34,150 nt of DNA from IMG/VR virus record IMGVR_UViG_3300032266_001063, positions 1 to 34,150 of that record; one strand, given 5' to 3'. Made by a program: the position numbers and the translations under genes. The DNA is from a virus (Duplodnaviria > Caudoviricetes). Below, piece by piece: positions 8,739 through 19,424 of the stretch; within the stretch, counting starts at the first letter, position 1, and each line of letters opens with the position of its first letter. Under the pieces are notes generated by a model. It was not told the DNA's origin. It searched no databases and worked only from the letters and a program-made list of their open reading frames with translations.

Positions 8739-11700
8739 TTATTGTTTAATATCATTATTTTTTATTATTCTATCAAAAAGAGATTTATATGATGACATGA
8801 ATGAATCATCTGGGTCTGGGAATGATCTATTAGCTATACGAATACCTTTAAAATTAGTAACCATATTATTATCTCTAATTGTATGTGAAACCTCAGTAAT
8901 TAAATAAGTTCCTCTAAACATTGGTATATTTTTTAAATAAAAATACATTGTTGGTTGTATCATAACATTACCGATACAAGTTACATTACAAGTATATGAA
9001 TATCCCCTAAATATGTTAAATAATGATGTATCAATATTTAATGAATTAGCACCAGAATTACTTCTTGCAATATAATCAGTAACTTTATGTGATTCAGAAG
9101 TATTTGTAAAAGATGATTGGTCTAATGAAACTCCTTTGAACATATTCTGATTACTATCACCAATATTAACTTCAAAAGATACAACTCTATTTGATTTATC
9201 ATATTGTAAATTTTTCATATCAGTAATAATTAAAGAATTATTATGAATATCACTTATATCAAAACTATCATCATTGAAAAAATTTTTTCCATTATCATTC
9301 ATATCTGAAGCATATTTTGAATTTGAACCACTATATTGAAATATTAATTTAGGTGTTGTATCTTCATAGTCAACTTCTAAGTATGTCCCAAACATCATAT
9401 TAGAGAGGTCATTTTTTTTATTGTTATAAAAATTTATATATGCTGGTAATGCTCTCATGTCGAAACCTGTTCCTTGAATTAAAAATGATAATGATGAATA
9501 TAAATTTAAATTTATATTCTTTTCATCCACTAAATCCTTAAATCTTGAGATATTTAAATAAACTTTATCACCTATTTCCCTATTTGCTTTATCCAAAAAT
9601 AAGCAATCCTCCATTAATAATCTTTGACCAAGTGAATTACCACCAATCCATTGGTCATTAAAGGTTTTAAAATGATTATACATTTCTAATTTTAATGGTT
9701 TATTATTATATCCATCAATAATATCAATATTGTCATCTAAAATATTGTTATAATCTAAATTTTTAAATTTAGCTATAAAGTTATTCATTGAATAAATAAA
9801 TGAATTGTTATCTAATAAATTAGTTTTTATATATTCATCAAAAGTATTATTAGTTATATTTTTATTATTATTATAAAGACTACCGAATAATAAAATAATT
9901 AATTTTAAATCTTTTATATTAGTTTCATTTAATTCAATTTTTGAAAATTTGAAAAATTCAAGATAATAGTTAGTTTCATTTGGACATTCACCGACATATA
10001 ATTTTAATAAATTCAAATTAGTTTCATTTATTTGATTATCATTAAAATTTTTAAAATATTTTTTATTTTCTAAATATGTTTTTATTATGAATGGATTAAT
10101 ATCTTTTGAATTAAATAAATTTAAATCCATTAAATATTCTTCAGATGTAATCTTTTTTGATAAACTATTTATATTTGTCAATTGCAAAGAACTTAATTTA
10201 TTAAAAAGCAATTCTGTTGAACTTTCATTATTATTAATTGTTACAATATTTTTCAATAATTTTTGAAATGAATTAATTTCTAATTCATTATTACTACTAC
10301 CATTTGAAAATGCTAAAAATAATTTTTCAAATTCATCTAAAACTTTATAATTAAATGTTGCTATTAAATCATAAATGTTTTTATAATCTAAATCAATACT
10401 AACTTCATTTGTTATTGATTTATAATATTGATTATGTGATGGTAATTTTTTACCTAAAGTATTATTATCATATTTTGTTTCGGATAAAAATATTCTATAA
10501 TCACTATTATTTAAAGTTCCATATTCTTGTAAAATAAATTCATAATTTAAACCAACTGATGGTAATATAGTTATATAATTGTTATCCGCATTTATAATTT
10601 TATTATCAATTATATTTGTCCATAATGTTAAATTACCTAAATCAAATACTTTATTTTTTATAATTCCATTTTTAATATTTTCATTATATGTTAATAAATT
10701 ATTAAGATTAAAATGAGTATAACCATTTATTATCTGAGAAAATATTGCATCATAATAAGGGTGAATACCAATATTATTTTTATTTTTAAAATTTATTTCT
10801 TTATTATCAATATTTAAATTATAATTTTCATAATTATCAAATAATTTATTATTATCAATTTCTTTTATTTTTCCATTCTGTAATATTGGTTCTAAAATAT
10901 CCTGATTATTTAATAATTTTTTCTTATATCTATGATATATTGCACCCCATTTCAAGATTAAAAAATATGGTATTTTATGTTGCATACTATATTCCTTTAA
11001 TAATGTTGACATTAATATTGGATTATCTTTATTAAAATTTATTTTATCATCTAAATCTAAAAAAGGTAGTGTTGTTAATAATAAATAAGAAGAACCAACA
11101 TAATTTTTATTATTAATAAAATCGCTAAACAACTGATAATGAAAAAATGATGTATTTAAAATATTTTCATTATCAGATTTGAAGATATTATTTTTGAATT
11201 TATCTTTTATCCATGCTAATGCTTTTATTGGCGAAGTTAAGAATTTATCTTTGCTATTTCTTTCAATATTATTAAAAATTTTTAACTCGTTTTCCCCATA
11301 ATTTTTTGATTCTAAGTATGTCTTATATATATCAGAACTAAATGGATATATATTTTTTCTATATTCTTTTGTTTTAATTTTTCTTAATTCTTTATTAAAA
11401 TCTGTATTATCTTGATAAACATTACTCTTTATATTTTTATCATAAATCAATGAAAATGGTTTATCAATAGCATTTTTTATATATTCTGTTATAGGTAATA
11501 AATCTATTCTATATGCGAAATCATCATGTTGTGATAAATCAAACATTTTTTTATTAAATGTATTTAAATCTTTAATTGATTTTAAAAAATCGACAGAATC
11601 TTTATTATTTTTAATTGATTCAAACAAATTATTAAATTCATCTGTTAAAATTAAATTAATAAGTGGTTGTTCAAAATAATCAAATGTAGTTAAATAATAT

Positions 11701-13493
11701 ATACGTTCCCAAATTTCATATAATAATTGTTTAGGTGTTTTATTAAGATACGTATAATTAATATTATCAGATGTTAATTGGCTAATTGCATTAAAATTAA
11801 ATTCTTGATCATTATTTATGTTATAATTTAAATTATTAACACCATTTTCTTTTTGATTATTATTGTCATAAACATTTGTTGATACAGCAATAAATTCTTC
11901 AATAAATGCAACTTCAGGCCATAATCTTTTATTATCTGATTTTAATTTAGCAATTAAACTTCTATCCGCTGGATATGTGATAGATTTAGTGTTATTTTTA
12001 GTATCTGTTTTACTTATTTCTGGCCAAGGATAAATATTATCACCATAAGATTCAACTGAAAAGTCTTTAATAAGTTCTTTACGTTCATCAGAAACTTCAA
12101 ATGCTTTATCATGCGTATCTTTTAATAAACGTAATAAAACATCAGCATTTGCCATTAATATACCAAATAAATTTCTTATTGTTGGTTTAAATCCAAAAAC
12201 TTTTTTATAAACATTAGTTTTATTTAATTCTTCTTCAAAGTTTTTTTCAACTCTTAATCTTTCATTATTAAAGCTATCTTTATTTAAATTAAAATCAGCT
12301 AAAAAAAGATCATGATTAACATAAGTACCATCATAATATTTATCAATTGATTTAAAATTATTTTTTAATGTTATTGGTTTTATTTTTGATGTTCTTAATG
12401 ATTTATCATATTTTAACGTATCAGTTATTTTTTCATTAAAAGTTATTAATATATTATTTAATGAACTACTATTGTTATCAGTTATTAAATTTATATTTTT
12501 TTCATTTTCAGTTTTAAATTTATAACCTAAATTAGTTTTATTATTTGTATCTAAATAAGTTTTTTTCCATCCTATAATAATATCATTATATTCTTTAAAA
12601 ACTTTTTCTAATAATGTAATACTTGTTAAAATTATAGGGTCAACAATATCTGTAAATTCTTTATTATCAATAAAATTGTCCAAAGATTCTGCTAATTTAC
12701 CTAATTCTCTAACTGTTTTAACTGGTACATCATTATCCATCAAACCTTTTTGTTTATATTCATTAAAAACTGATTTTAATAAATTTAAACCTCTTGATGT
12801 TTTAGTTACAGTCTTTTTTGTTTCTCCATTAACTATTTTTACTGTATTAACATTCTCAGAACCAAATAAATATGGTGCGTTCATAATACCTCTTAATGGT
12901 ATATCACGCATAAATGCATAAGTAGAACCTAAGAATGATGTATTTATTTCAAAATTACCATTTGATTCATTATATTTACTACTAAATTTTTCTAAATGTA
13001 ATTTATATCTAATTGCTTTACCATAAAACCCTTTTATTGTTAAATAATAAATTGGATAAGGTATATGAAAAAATGCTTTATATGGTGAATTTTCTGGATT
13101 TTCAAATAAGGTTTTTCCTCTAACATCAATGAAATTTATGGTTATTTTTGGTATGCTATTAAAAGTTAAATTAGTAATAGTAATATCAGAAATACCAAAA
13201 GATTGATTTGTTGTATCTGTCCTTTCATTATTTACATATGTATCTGTCCAAGAGGTGTTATTATCATTATTTTGTGTGCTTGATAATGTACCACTTGCTA
13301 TTGTAATATTTTCAGTTTCAGTTACTTTTAATTTAGTTCTTGGTATTAAATCGACTTCTAAATTAACATAAATAACCAAATTTTCTTGTTTTATATTTCT
13401 TGCACTAACTACACCATTATTTACTACACTATTTGGATCAACGTGTATTAAATTATTATGGTCTAATACTACTAATATATTTTCATTCTCCAT
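8739..13493 (-). CDS. Giant baseplate hub-like structural protein (gp27/late control D-like termini)
   Basis: C-terminal CNVTCIGNVMIQPTMYFYL...GTYLITEVSHTI...TNFKG resembles hub proteins; it follows the gp53-like gene. Confidence 0.6.
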   Translation of the reverse strand: MENENILVVLDHNNLIHVDPNSVVNNGVVSARNIKQENLVIYVNLEVDLIPRTKLKVTETENITIASGTLSSTQNNDNNTSWTDTYVNNERTDTTNQSFGISDITITNLTFNSIPKITINFIDVRGKTLFENPENSPYKAFFHIPYPIYYLTIKGFYGKAIRYKLHLEKFSSKYNESNGNFEINTSFLGSTYAFMRDIPLRGIMNAPYLFGSENVNTVKIVNGETKKTVTKTSRGLNLLKSVFNEYKQKGLMDNDVPVKTVRELGKLAESLDNFIDNKEFTDIVDPIILTSITLLEKVFKEYNDIIIGWKKTYLDTNNKTNLGYKFKTENEKNINLITDNNSSSLNNILITFNEKITDTLKYDKSLRTSKIKPITLKNNFKSIDKYYDGTYVNHDLFLADFNLNKDSFNNERLRVEKNFEEELNKTNVYKKVFGFKPTIRNLFGILMANADVLLRLLKDTHDKAFEVSDERKELIKDFSVESYGDNIYPWPEISKTDTKNNTKSITYPADRSLIAKLKSDNKRLWPEVAFIEEFIAVSTNVYDNNNQKENGVNNLNYNINNDQEFNFNAISQLTSDNINYTYLNKTPKQLLYEIWERIYYLTTFDYFEQPLINLILTDEFNNLFESIKNNKDSVDFLKSIKDLNTFNKKMFDLSQHDDFAYRIDLLPITEYIKNAIDKPFSLIYDKNIKSNVYQDNTDFNKELRKIKTKEYRKNIYPFSSDIYKTYLESKNYGENELKIFNNIERNSKDKFLTSPIKALAWIKDKFKNNIFKSDNENILNTSFFHYQLFSDFINNKNYVGSSYLLLTTLPFLDLDDKINFNKDNPILMSTLLKEYSMQHKIPYFLILKWGAIYHRYKKKLLNNQDILEPILQNGKIKEIDNNKLFDNYENYNLNIDNKEINFKNKNNIGIHPYYDAIFSQIINGYTHFNLNNLLTYNENIKNGIIKNKVFDLGNLTLWTNIIDNKIINADNNYITILPSVGLNYEFILQEYGTLNNSDYRIFLSETKYDNNTLGKKLPSHNQYYKSITNEVSIDLDYKNIYDLIATFNYKVLDEFEKLFLAFSNGSSNNELEINSFQKLLKNIVTINNNESSTELLFNKLSSLQLTNINSLSKKITSEEYLMDLNLFNSKDINPFIIKTYLENKKYFKNFNDNQINETNLNLLKLYVGECPNETNYYLEFFKFSKIELNETNIKDLKLIILLFGSLYNNNKNITNNTFDEYIKTNLLDNNSFIYSMNNFIAKFKNLDYNNILDDNIDIIDGYNNKPLKLEMYNHFKTFNDQWIGGNSLGQRLLMEDCLFLDKANREIGDKVYLNISRFKDLVDEKNINLNLYSSLSFLIQGTGFDMRALPAYINFYNNKKNDLSNMMFGTYLEVDYEDTTPKLIFQYSGSNSKYASDMNDNGKNFFNDDSFDISDIHNNSLIITDMKNLQYDKSNRVVSFEVNIGDSNQNMFKGVSLDQSSFTNTSESHKVTDYIARSNSGANSLNIDTSLFNIFRGYSYTCNVTCIGNVMIQPTMYFYLKNIPMFRGTYLITEVSHTIRDNNMVTNFKGIRIANRSFPDPDDSFMSSYKSLFDRIIKNNDIKQ

Positions 13494-13806
13494 TATACAG
13501 TTTATATAATTCTACATTTTTTTTATAATCTTGTAAAGTATTTACTAAGGGATAAGGTATTCTTAATAAGAAATTATTTGGTATATTAAACTCCAAACTA
13601 CCTATTGATGGATTAGATAATAAAATCAACCAACCAAATGTTGGTGAATTATAAAAATCTTGAGAAATTCTATCTAATCTATCTTTATTTTTTCTAAATA
13701 TAAAATATTTATCAGTACTTTTTATTGGTATAGTAATACCTGGAACTATTTTATGTTCTCCGTTACTTTCAAAGTAACTATATCTATTAAAATAATCTCT
13801 ATTCAT
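13483..13806 (-). CDS. Baseplate wedge protein, T4 gp53/tail X (LysM-like)
   Basis: DRLDRISQDFYNSPTFGWLILLSNP...LRIP signature. Confidence 0.75.
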   Translation of the reverse strand: MNRDYFNRYSYFESNGEHKIVPGITIPIKSTDKYFIFRKNKDRLDRISQDFYNSPTFGWLILLSNPSIGSLEFNIPNNFLLRIPYPLVNTLQDYKKNVELYKLYNGE

Positions 13807-16800
13807 TAATTATAATTATTTAATTTATTGCTTATTGTTTTTTTATCTGTCAATAATAATTTAGCTTGATTTATTTTTGCTTCATCATTAGTTATTACTT
13901 CAGAAGATATTGTGAATTTTAAATCTAATGTATTCTTAGGCTTTGGATAAGGTTTTAATTTAAAATTACGTTCATTATCTGGATTAAAAAACTTATCTAT
14001 TAAATTATTTATTTTAGCTTGGTCGTAAAATTTATTTTCTTCAAATATAGTCTTAATTTCTAAATGTTCATATTTTAAAATAGTTCTTAAAATATTTCTA
14101 ACATTTTCTATTGTTAAATTCAAATTATTAAAATTGACATCATTATTCAAAATTGGACTTAAAAAATCATTTTCATCTAAATAATCAATACAATTTTTGT
14201 ATTCAGAATATAAAATATCATAATTAAAACCAGTTAAATCTACATCATAAAACTTTTCACCTCTATAAACAACATCTTTATTATTTTTTATAATATAATT
14301 AAGTTTATCTAATTTTTTTGTTAATGGATTTCTAAATTTATTTTCAAAATCTGCTATTTGTTGTATATTATCAATATTTAACAACAAATTTTCAATTATT
14401 TTTCTTAATGGTTTGGTTAAAAATAAATCAATAGTTACAATATCATTACTATTAAATTTAGTGTCAAAAGTCAAAATTTCTGATATTGAATTGTTATCTA
14501 AAATAAACATGAAATTTGTTAATAATGCACCTTTATACTTTGATAAATTTTTAATTTGCTTATAATTACCTAATAAATTAATAGTTTTTATATTATTTAG
14601 ATTGTTATAATTAACATCAAATTCATTTATAACCCTATAATTATTAGATAAAAATAAACTTGTTAAAATTGGCCCATACTTATGATATAATAAATTGTAT
14701 AAGAATTTTAATCTTTCATAATAATTTTTTACATCATCATGAATTTCTGTTACCAAAGTCTTATAACTTAAAGTATTATCTACTTTAACACCGATATAAA
14801 TACCTTCTTTAATAACATCATTATTTTTTATATTATCATTTTCTGTTGTTTTTTGTAAAGTTTTTATTAAAAAATCCTCAGCGAAAATTTTTATATCCTT
14901 ATTATCTATTTTAGTTAATGTATTAAATGCTCTATCATCATATATTTCAGTATTAGCGAAAAAGTTAGATGTTAGAGCATTTTGAAGCATCTCAACAGGT
15001 TTTTCCATACCGTGACCACCAATAAAACTAATTGATAAAGTTACTGTTGCTATCATTGGTTGAACTCCAATTCCTTCTGGATTTAAATCTAATGGTGAAT
15101 CATCATATGTAAAATTAACATCTCTTATAATAACTTTTGAATTATAAAAATCACCAATTCTTAATACACATATTGGTGGTGGACCAAATGAAGTATTTCT
15201 AATATTATTAGATACTCCTTTTACTGGTATAGTATTACTTGGTCTTAAACATTGAAGTAAAAATGTTAATCTCGAATTTAAACCTTCTGGTGTTGTTGAA
15301 TGAAAACCTGGATGAAAGTATTTTAATTTTTCCTTTAAAGAATTAAAAACTAATGGTGTATTTTCTTCAACTTTCTTAAAATAAAAAGATTCTGATAATG
15401 TTTTCATTACAATCTTTTTCATTAAATCAATTGGAGTCCTTTTATTTATATTAGTATCATTATTAATAATAGTTTTATTATTATCAATAACTATTGGTTC
15501 TATTTTACTTATTGGTGATACATTAGGATTAGTTGGATTAATTAATTTCTTATTATAATTTAAAATAAAAACAGATTGACGGCAACTAAAACAAAGTGGC
15601 GATACTATGTTTAAGTCTTTTACATTTATAAAGTCTTTATTCTTACATTCCTTTCTTGTTTCCCCAAGTGAATTTATTCTTAAATTTAAAAATCCATTAT
15701 TATTTTCATAACCAAAATCTTTTAAACTAATTTTTAAATCAAATAAAATATCTTCATTCAATTTTAAATCACTTACATTTTTCCAAGGTATTTTAGGTGA
15801 TTTTCCATTAGATAATTTATTAATTATATCTAATAATAATGAATAATTTCTTCTTACTGATAATTCATTATTATATTTTTCAGAACCAGAAGACGATGTT
15901 GATGAACTTAAAACTATATCAACATTATCTACACTATCATTTAATAAATCTTTTTTTAATGTATCTAATTTTTCATTAAATGATGTGTAATTTGTTGTTA
16001 AACCAGAAAAATACGTATCCAATTTATCTACTTGATTTGTAATATCAGCATCAGTTGGGTTTGTTTTATTGAAAATATATAATTTTTCATTATTATGTAC
16101 TGAATTTTTTAAACTATTTAAAGAAGTACGTAATCTTGTTTTATATGATTCTCTTTTTACTATAAATGAATTATATAAAACATTATATGGTGATGAAGAT
16201 GTTATTGTAGTTGATCCTCTTTTTGGAAAATCATCATCAAAATTTAAATTAATTATCTTTTCAATTTTTTCTTCACTATTATTTTGTGGTGTTAGGGTAA
16301 CATTTGTAACTTCAGTTCCTGTTTGTTGTGCTAAAGTATAATCTTTACCTGTTTTAGTAATATCTTTATTTTCATTTAAAAAGTTTTTAACTGATTCTAA
16401 ATCGTTTTTATCTAATGTAGTATATGATGTAATTAATTCATAAAATTCAAGGTCTTCACAACCAGCAAAAAACGCATTAATGTAATTTGTTGATTCATCA
16501 TCACTCATGTCTTTAAAATGCTCTCTAACCAATAAATTTAATATTGATGGATGGTCAACTACTATTTTAAATGATAAATTTCCTGTCCTTGTTGTATTTT
16601 GATATGTATATATTGGTTCTGTTCTTCCAATAAAATTATTTTCATCCCATTTAGCACTATTTTGTTCACTAAATTTTAAATCATATGGTGGAAACCACAT
16701 AACTCGACCACCATTAGAACCACGTTCACAATATGGTAAATCTAATACTGTATATCCTTGTAATGTTGAAGACTTCCAAGCTAAATTTTCAATTGAAAAC

Positions 16801-18452
16801 ATATATTTTTTAGCATAAAATCCATTACCATCTGAATCTCTACCAAATGGAAAAGCATCACCTATATTAGTAGAAGTACCAAATTCTTTATTTCCATCTG
16901 ACATTGGACCAATATTCAAATTCCAAGGTCTTGATAAAACACTACTATCTATTTTTCTAATTAATCCTGTACGTTTCATAGTATCTGAATATGATGAATA
17001 TGGATTATCTTTTGTCCATACCCTACAATATTCAATACCTCTTTCTTCATTAAATTTGTCAACATATTTAACGGCAGACCCTTTTGAAATTAATTTATTT
17101 CCATTTTTAAATATTCTACTTGTTTGGTCAATAACGTTTGCCACATGACTAATAGCTGAACCACCGTCAGTTGGACGACTATCTAAAATATCTTGTGTCT
17201 TTTTTAATATTGAATCTTCTCTAAAATCATATTTTGTTGATAAACTTTCTATTAATGCTGTTTGTTCTCTATCATATTCTGAATTATTTATACCCAATTT
17301 ATTATTATTGTTTTTACTTATCCAAGTAAAATTTCCGCTTAAAGAACCACCTTCTTGGATATTTTTATCAATTTCAAATAAATTTGTTTGTATTGGATCA
17401 AACATTGATGATAAATAATAATTACCTCGAACATAATTATCATTATAGTCAGTCATTGCATATTTTACATCATTATCTCTATCATCACCAATATAAGAAT
17501 TACCAGTTGGTGCTTCATTACCTAATAAATTTTTAACATCTTGTGTTAAATTATCTGTAAAATTAAATAATTTAGATGTGTTTTGACTTGTAGCTTTTGT
17601 TGTATAGTTAGGTCTATATCTTGAATATGATAATGTATCAAATAAAGCTGATTTATTACCACTTCCAGTATATTTTAAAAATAAATCAGATGGTTTTGAA
17701 TTAATTTTAGGTTTTCTGTCAATACCAATTAGAGAACCAAGAATACCTGTTAAATCTTGTAATGTCTTTCCTAATTCACTTTTTGGTATGGTTCTATATG
17801 ATGTTTTAGAGTTTCTAAAATATTCACCCTTAATTTCACTAAATGGTAATTCAACACCAGAAATAGTTTTTATAAAGTCAATGCCTTTACCTATTAAATC
17901 GTTATTAACAGTTATTTTATTATTTTTCTCTATTAATGGTTCTTTACCTGAAATTATATTAAATGCTGATGAACTAAAACCATCCAAAGCATCTAACACC
18001 CTTATTTTACCAGAAATATTTGATTCTAAATTTTGTGCTATTCTTGCTTTAATTGGTCCATTTGGGTCATTTTTAATAAAATTACTTGAAAACTTCATTA
18101 AATTTGACTCATTGTCATAGTTGTCACTATTTAATATACTAATTAAAGTTTGATTAGTTTTTTGCGTAAAATAAGGATATAATTGTAAGCTATTTTTTAT
18201 TGGGATAGTTTTAAAATCTTCAATAATTAAATAATCTACTGGTTTAAAAATATTTGTTTGTTTTGTTGTTCCTAAATTTAAACCTCTATCGTTAGTTACA
18301 TCACCCAAATCTCTATTAGATAAAACATTAAAGTTTTTAACTGTATATGAATCTTCTGTAAATGTTTGTGGACCATTTGGGTATTGTATATTCTTACTTA
18401 ATATATAATCTCTAAATTTCTTTGTTTGATTAAAGTCTAAATAACTTGGCAT
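13806..18452 (-). CDS. Giant baseplate/tail-tube initiator-like protein with an internal OmpA-like segment
   Basis: Tube-initiator-like halves FPPYDLKFSE...IGRTEPIYTYQNTTRTGNLSF and PPICVLRIGDFY...VTLSISFI; YNNELSVRR lies between them. Confidence 0.6.
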   Translation of the reverse strand: MPSYLDFNQTKKFRDYILSKNIQYPNGPQTFTEDSYTVKNFNVLSNRDLGDVTNDRGLNLGTTKQTNIFKPVDYLIIEDFKTIPIKNSLQLYPYFTQKTNQTLISILNSDNYDNESNLMKFSSNFIKNDPNGPIKARIAQNLESNISGKIRVLDALDGFSSSAFNIISGKEPLIEKNNKITVNNDLIGKGIDFIKTISGVELPFSEIKGEYFRNSKTSYRTIPKSELGKTLQDLTGILGSLIGIDRKPKINSKPSDLFLKYTGSGNKSALFDTLSYSRYRPNYTTKATSQNTSKLFNFTDNLTQDVKNLLGNEAPTGNSYIGDDRDNDVKYAMTDYNDNYVRGNYYLSSMFDPIQTNLFEIDKNIQEGGSLSGNFTWISKNNNNKLGINNSEYDREQTALIESLSTKYDFREDSILKKTQDILDSRPTDGGSAISHVANVIDQTSRIFKNGNKLISKGSAVKYVDKFNEERGIEYCRVWTKDNPYSSYSDTMKRTGLIRKIDSSVLSRPWNLNIGPMSDGNKEFGTSTNIGDAFPFGRDSDGNGFYAKKYMFSIENLAWKSSTLQGYTVLDLPYCERGSNGGRVMWFPPYDLKFSEQNSAKWDENNFIGRTEPIYTYQNTTRTGNLSFKIVVDHPSILNLLVREHFKDMSDDESTNYINAFFAGCEDLEFYELITSYTTLDKNDLESVKNFLNENKDITKTGKDYTLAQQTGTEVTNVTLTPQNNSEEKIEKIINLNFDDDFPKRGSTTITSSSPYNVLYNSFIVKRESYKTRLRTSLNSLKNSVHNNEKLYIFNKTNPTDADITNQVDKLDTYFSGLTTNYTSFNEKLDTLKKDLLNDSVDNVDIVLSSSTSSSGSEKYNNELSVRRNYSLLLDIINKLSNGKSPKIPWKNVSDLKLNEDILFDLKISLKDFGYENNNGFLNLRINSLGETRKECKNKDFINVKDLNIVSPLCFSCRQSVFILNYNKKLINPTNPNVSPISKIEPIVIDNNKTIINNDTNINKRTPIDLMKKIVMKTLSESFYFKKVEENTPLVFNSLKEKLKYFHPGFHSTTPEGLNSRLTFLLQCLRPSNTIPVKGVSNNIRNTSFGPPPICVLRIGDFYNSKVIIRDVNFTYDDSPLDLNPEGIGVQPMIATVTLSISFIGGHGMEKPVEMLQNALTSNFFANTEIYDDRAFNTLTKIDNKDIKIFAEDFLIKTLQKTTENDNIKNNDVIKEGIYIGVKVDNTLSYKTLVTEIHDDVKNYYERLKFLYNLLYHKYGPILTSLFLSNNYRVINEFDVNYNNLNNIKTINLLGNYKQIKNLSKYKGALLTNFMFILDNNSISEILTFDTKFNSNDIVTIDLFLTKPLRKIIENLLLNIDNIQQIADFENKFRNPLTKKLDKLNYIIKNNKDVVYRGEKFYDVDLTGFNYDILYSEYKNCIDYLDENDFLSPILNNDVNFNNLNLTIENVRNILRTILKYEHLEIKTIFEENKFYDQAKINNLIDKFFNPDNERNFKLKPYPKPKNTLDLKFTISSEVITNDEAKINQAKLLLTDKKTISNKLNNYN

Positions 18453-18524
18453 AAGTTTCTTTTTATTAATAAATAGAATAAAAAAAATATTTACTTTATA
18501 ATTAAATTATATTAATATTATATT

Positions 18525-19286
18525 ATGGAACAAAATAACACAGAATTTAGAATCGACCCAAATACAGCATATGATGTTGTAGAATTACCATCAAAAGGTA
18601 TTCATTATGCAAATAAAAAGAAATCAGTACGTGTAGCGTATTTAACAGCTTCAGATGAAAATATTTTAACTTCAAGTAATCTAATGCAATCAAATAGAAT
18701 TGTTGATGAATTACTTAAAAGAAAAATATTAGATAAAGATTTAAGTATTGATGATTTAGATGAAGAAGATAAAAAAGCAATATTAATATTTTTAAGAAAT
18801 ACCGCTTTTGGAAGTGAATATACTGTTACTCTAAATGACCCAAAAACAAATCAATCATTTGATTATATTTTTAATTTAGATAATATTACCATTAAAGATT
18901 TTGATTTAATAGAAAATGAACATGGCGAATATTCTTATTTTTTAGAGAAAAGTAATGTTAATATAACTTTTAAGTTTTTAACAAAAAAACAGCATACTGA
19001 TATTGAAAAATTAAATGAATCTTGGACAATTGATTCAGCACCACCAGTAATTACCAAACAATTAGAATATATGATTAAATCTGTTAATGGTAATAGAGAT
19101 AGTATGTCTATTAATAATTTTATTAAAAATCTACCAATAAAAGATAGTAAAGATTTTAGAAAATTTATTTTAGATAAAAAACCTGGCATAAAATTAGAAC
19201 AAGAAACAACCACCCCTTCAGGAGAAAAGATCCAATTTAATATAGGATTCGGGGTAGAGTTTTTTCGCCCTTTCTTCGGATTATAA
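18525..19286 (+). CDS. Tail/baseplate assembly chaperone, T4 gp26-like
   Basis: VELPSKG...LTASDENIL...DKKAILIFLRNTAFGSEY and terminal FF; directly upstream of the tape-measure gene. Confidence 0.75.
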   Translation: MEQNNTEFRIDPNTAYDVVELPSKGIHYANKKKSVRVAYLTASDENILTSSNLMQSNRIVDELLKRKILDKDLSIDDLDEEDKKAILIFLRNTAFGSEYTVTLNDPKTNQSFDYIFNLDNITIKDFDLIENEHGEYSYFLEKSNVNITFKFLTKKQHTDIEKLNESWTIDSAPPVITKQLEYMIKSVNGNRDSMSINNFIKNLPIKDSKDFRKFILDKKPGIKLEQETTTPSGEKIQFNIGFGVEFFRPFFGL

Positions 19287-19410
19287 TCAAAATCAACTAT
19301 TACAAATATTATATTTGGTTAAAAGAGGGTTTTCTTATAATGATGTACTATCTATGCCTATTTATATTAGAAAATACTATATTCAATTTATGACTGAAAA
19401 TGGAAGTTAA
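19261..19410 (+). CDS. Frameshift-accessed C-terminal extension of the chaperone (gp51/gpGT-like)
   Basis: The +1 frame reads FFALSSDYNQNQLLQILYLVKRGFSYNDVLSMPIYIRKYYIQFMTENGS*. There is no ATG ahead of the motif, and it starts at G TTT TTT CGC. Confidence 0.7.
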   Translation, partial: FFALSSDYNQNQLLQILYLVKRGFSYNDVLSMPIYIRKYYIQFMTENGS

Positions 19411-19424
19411 TATATTTATAAATT

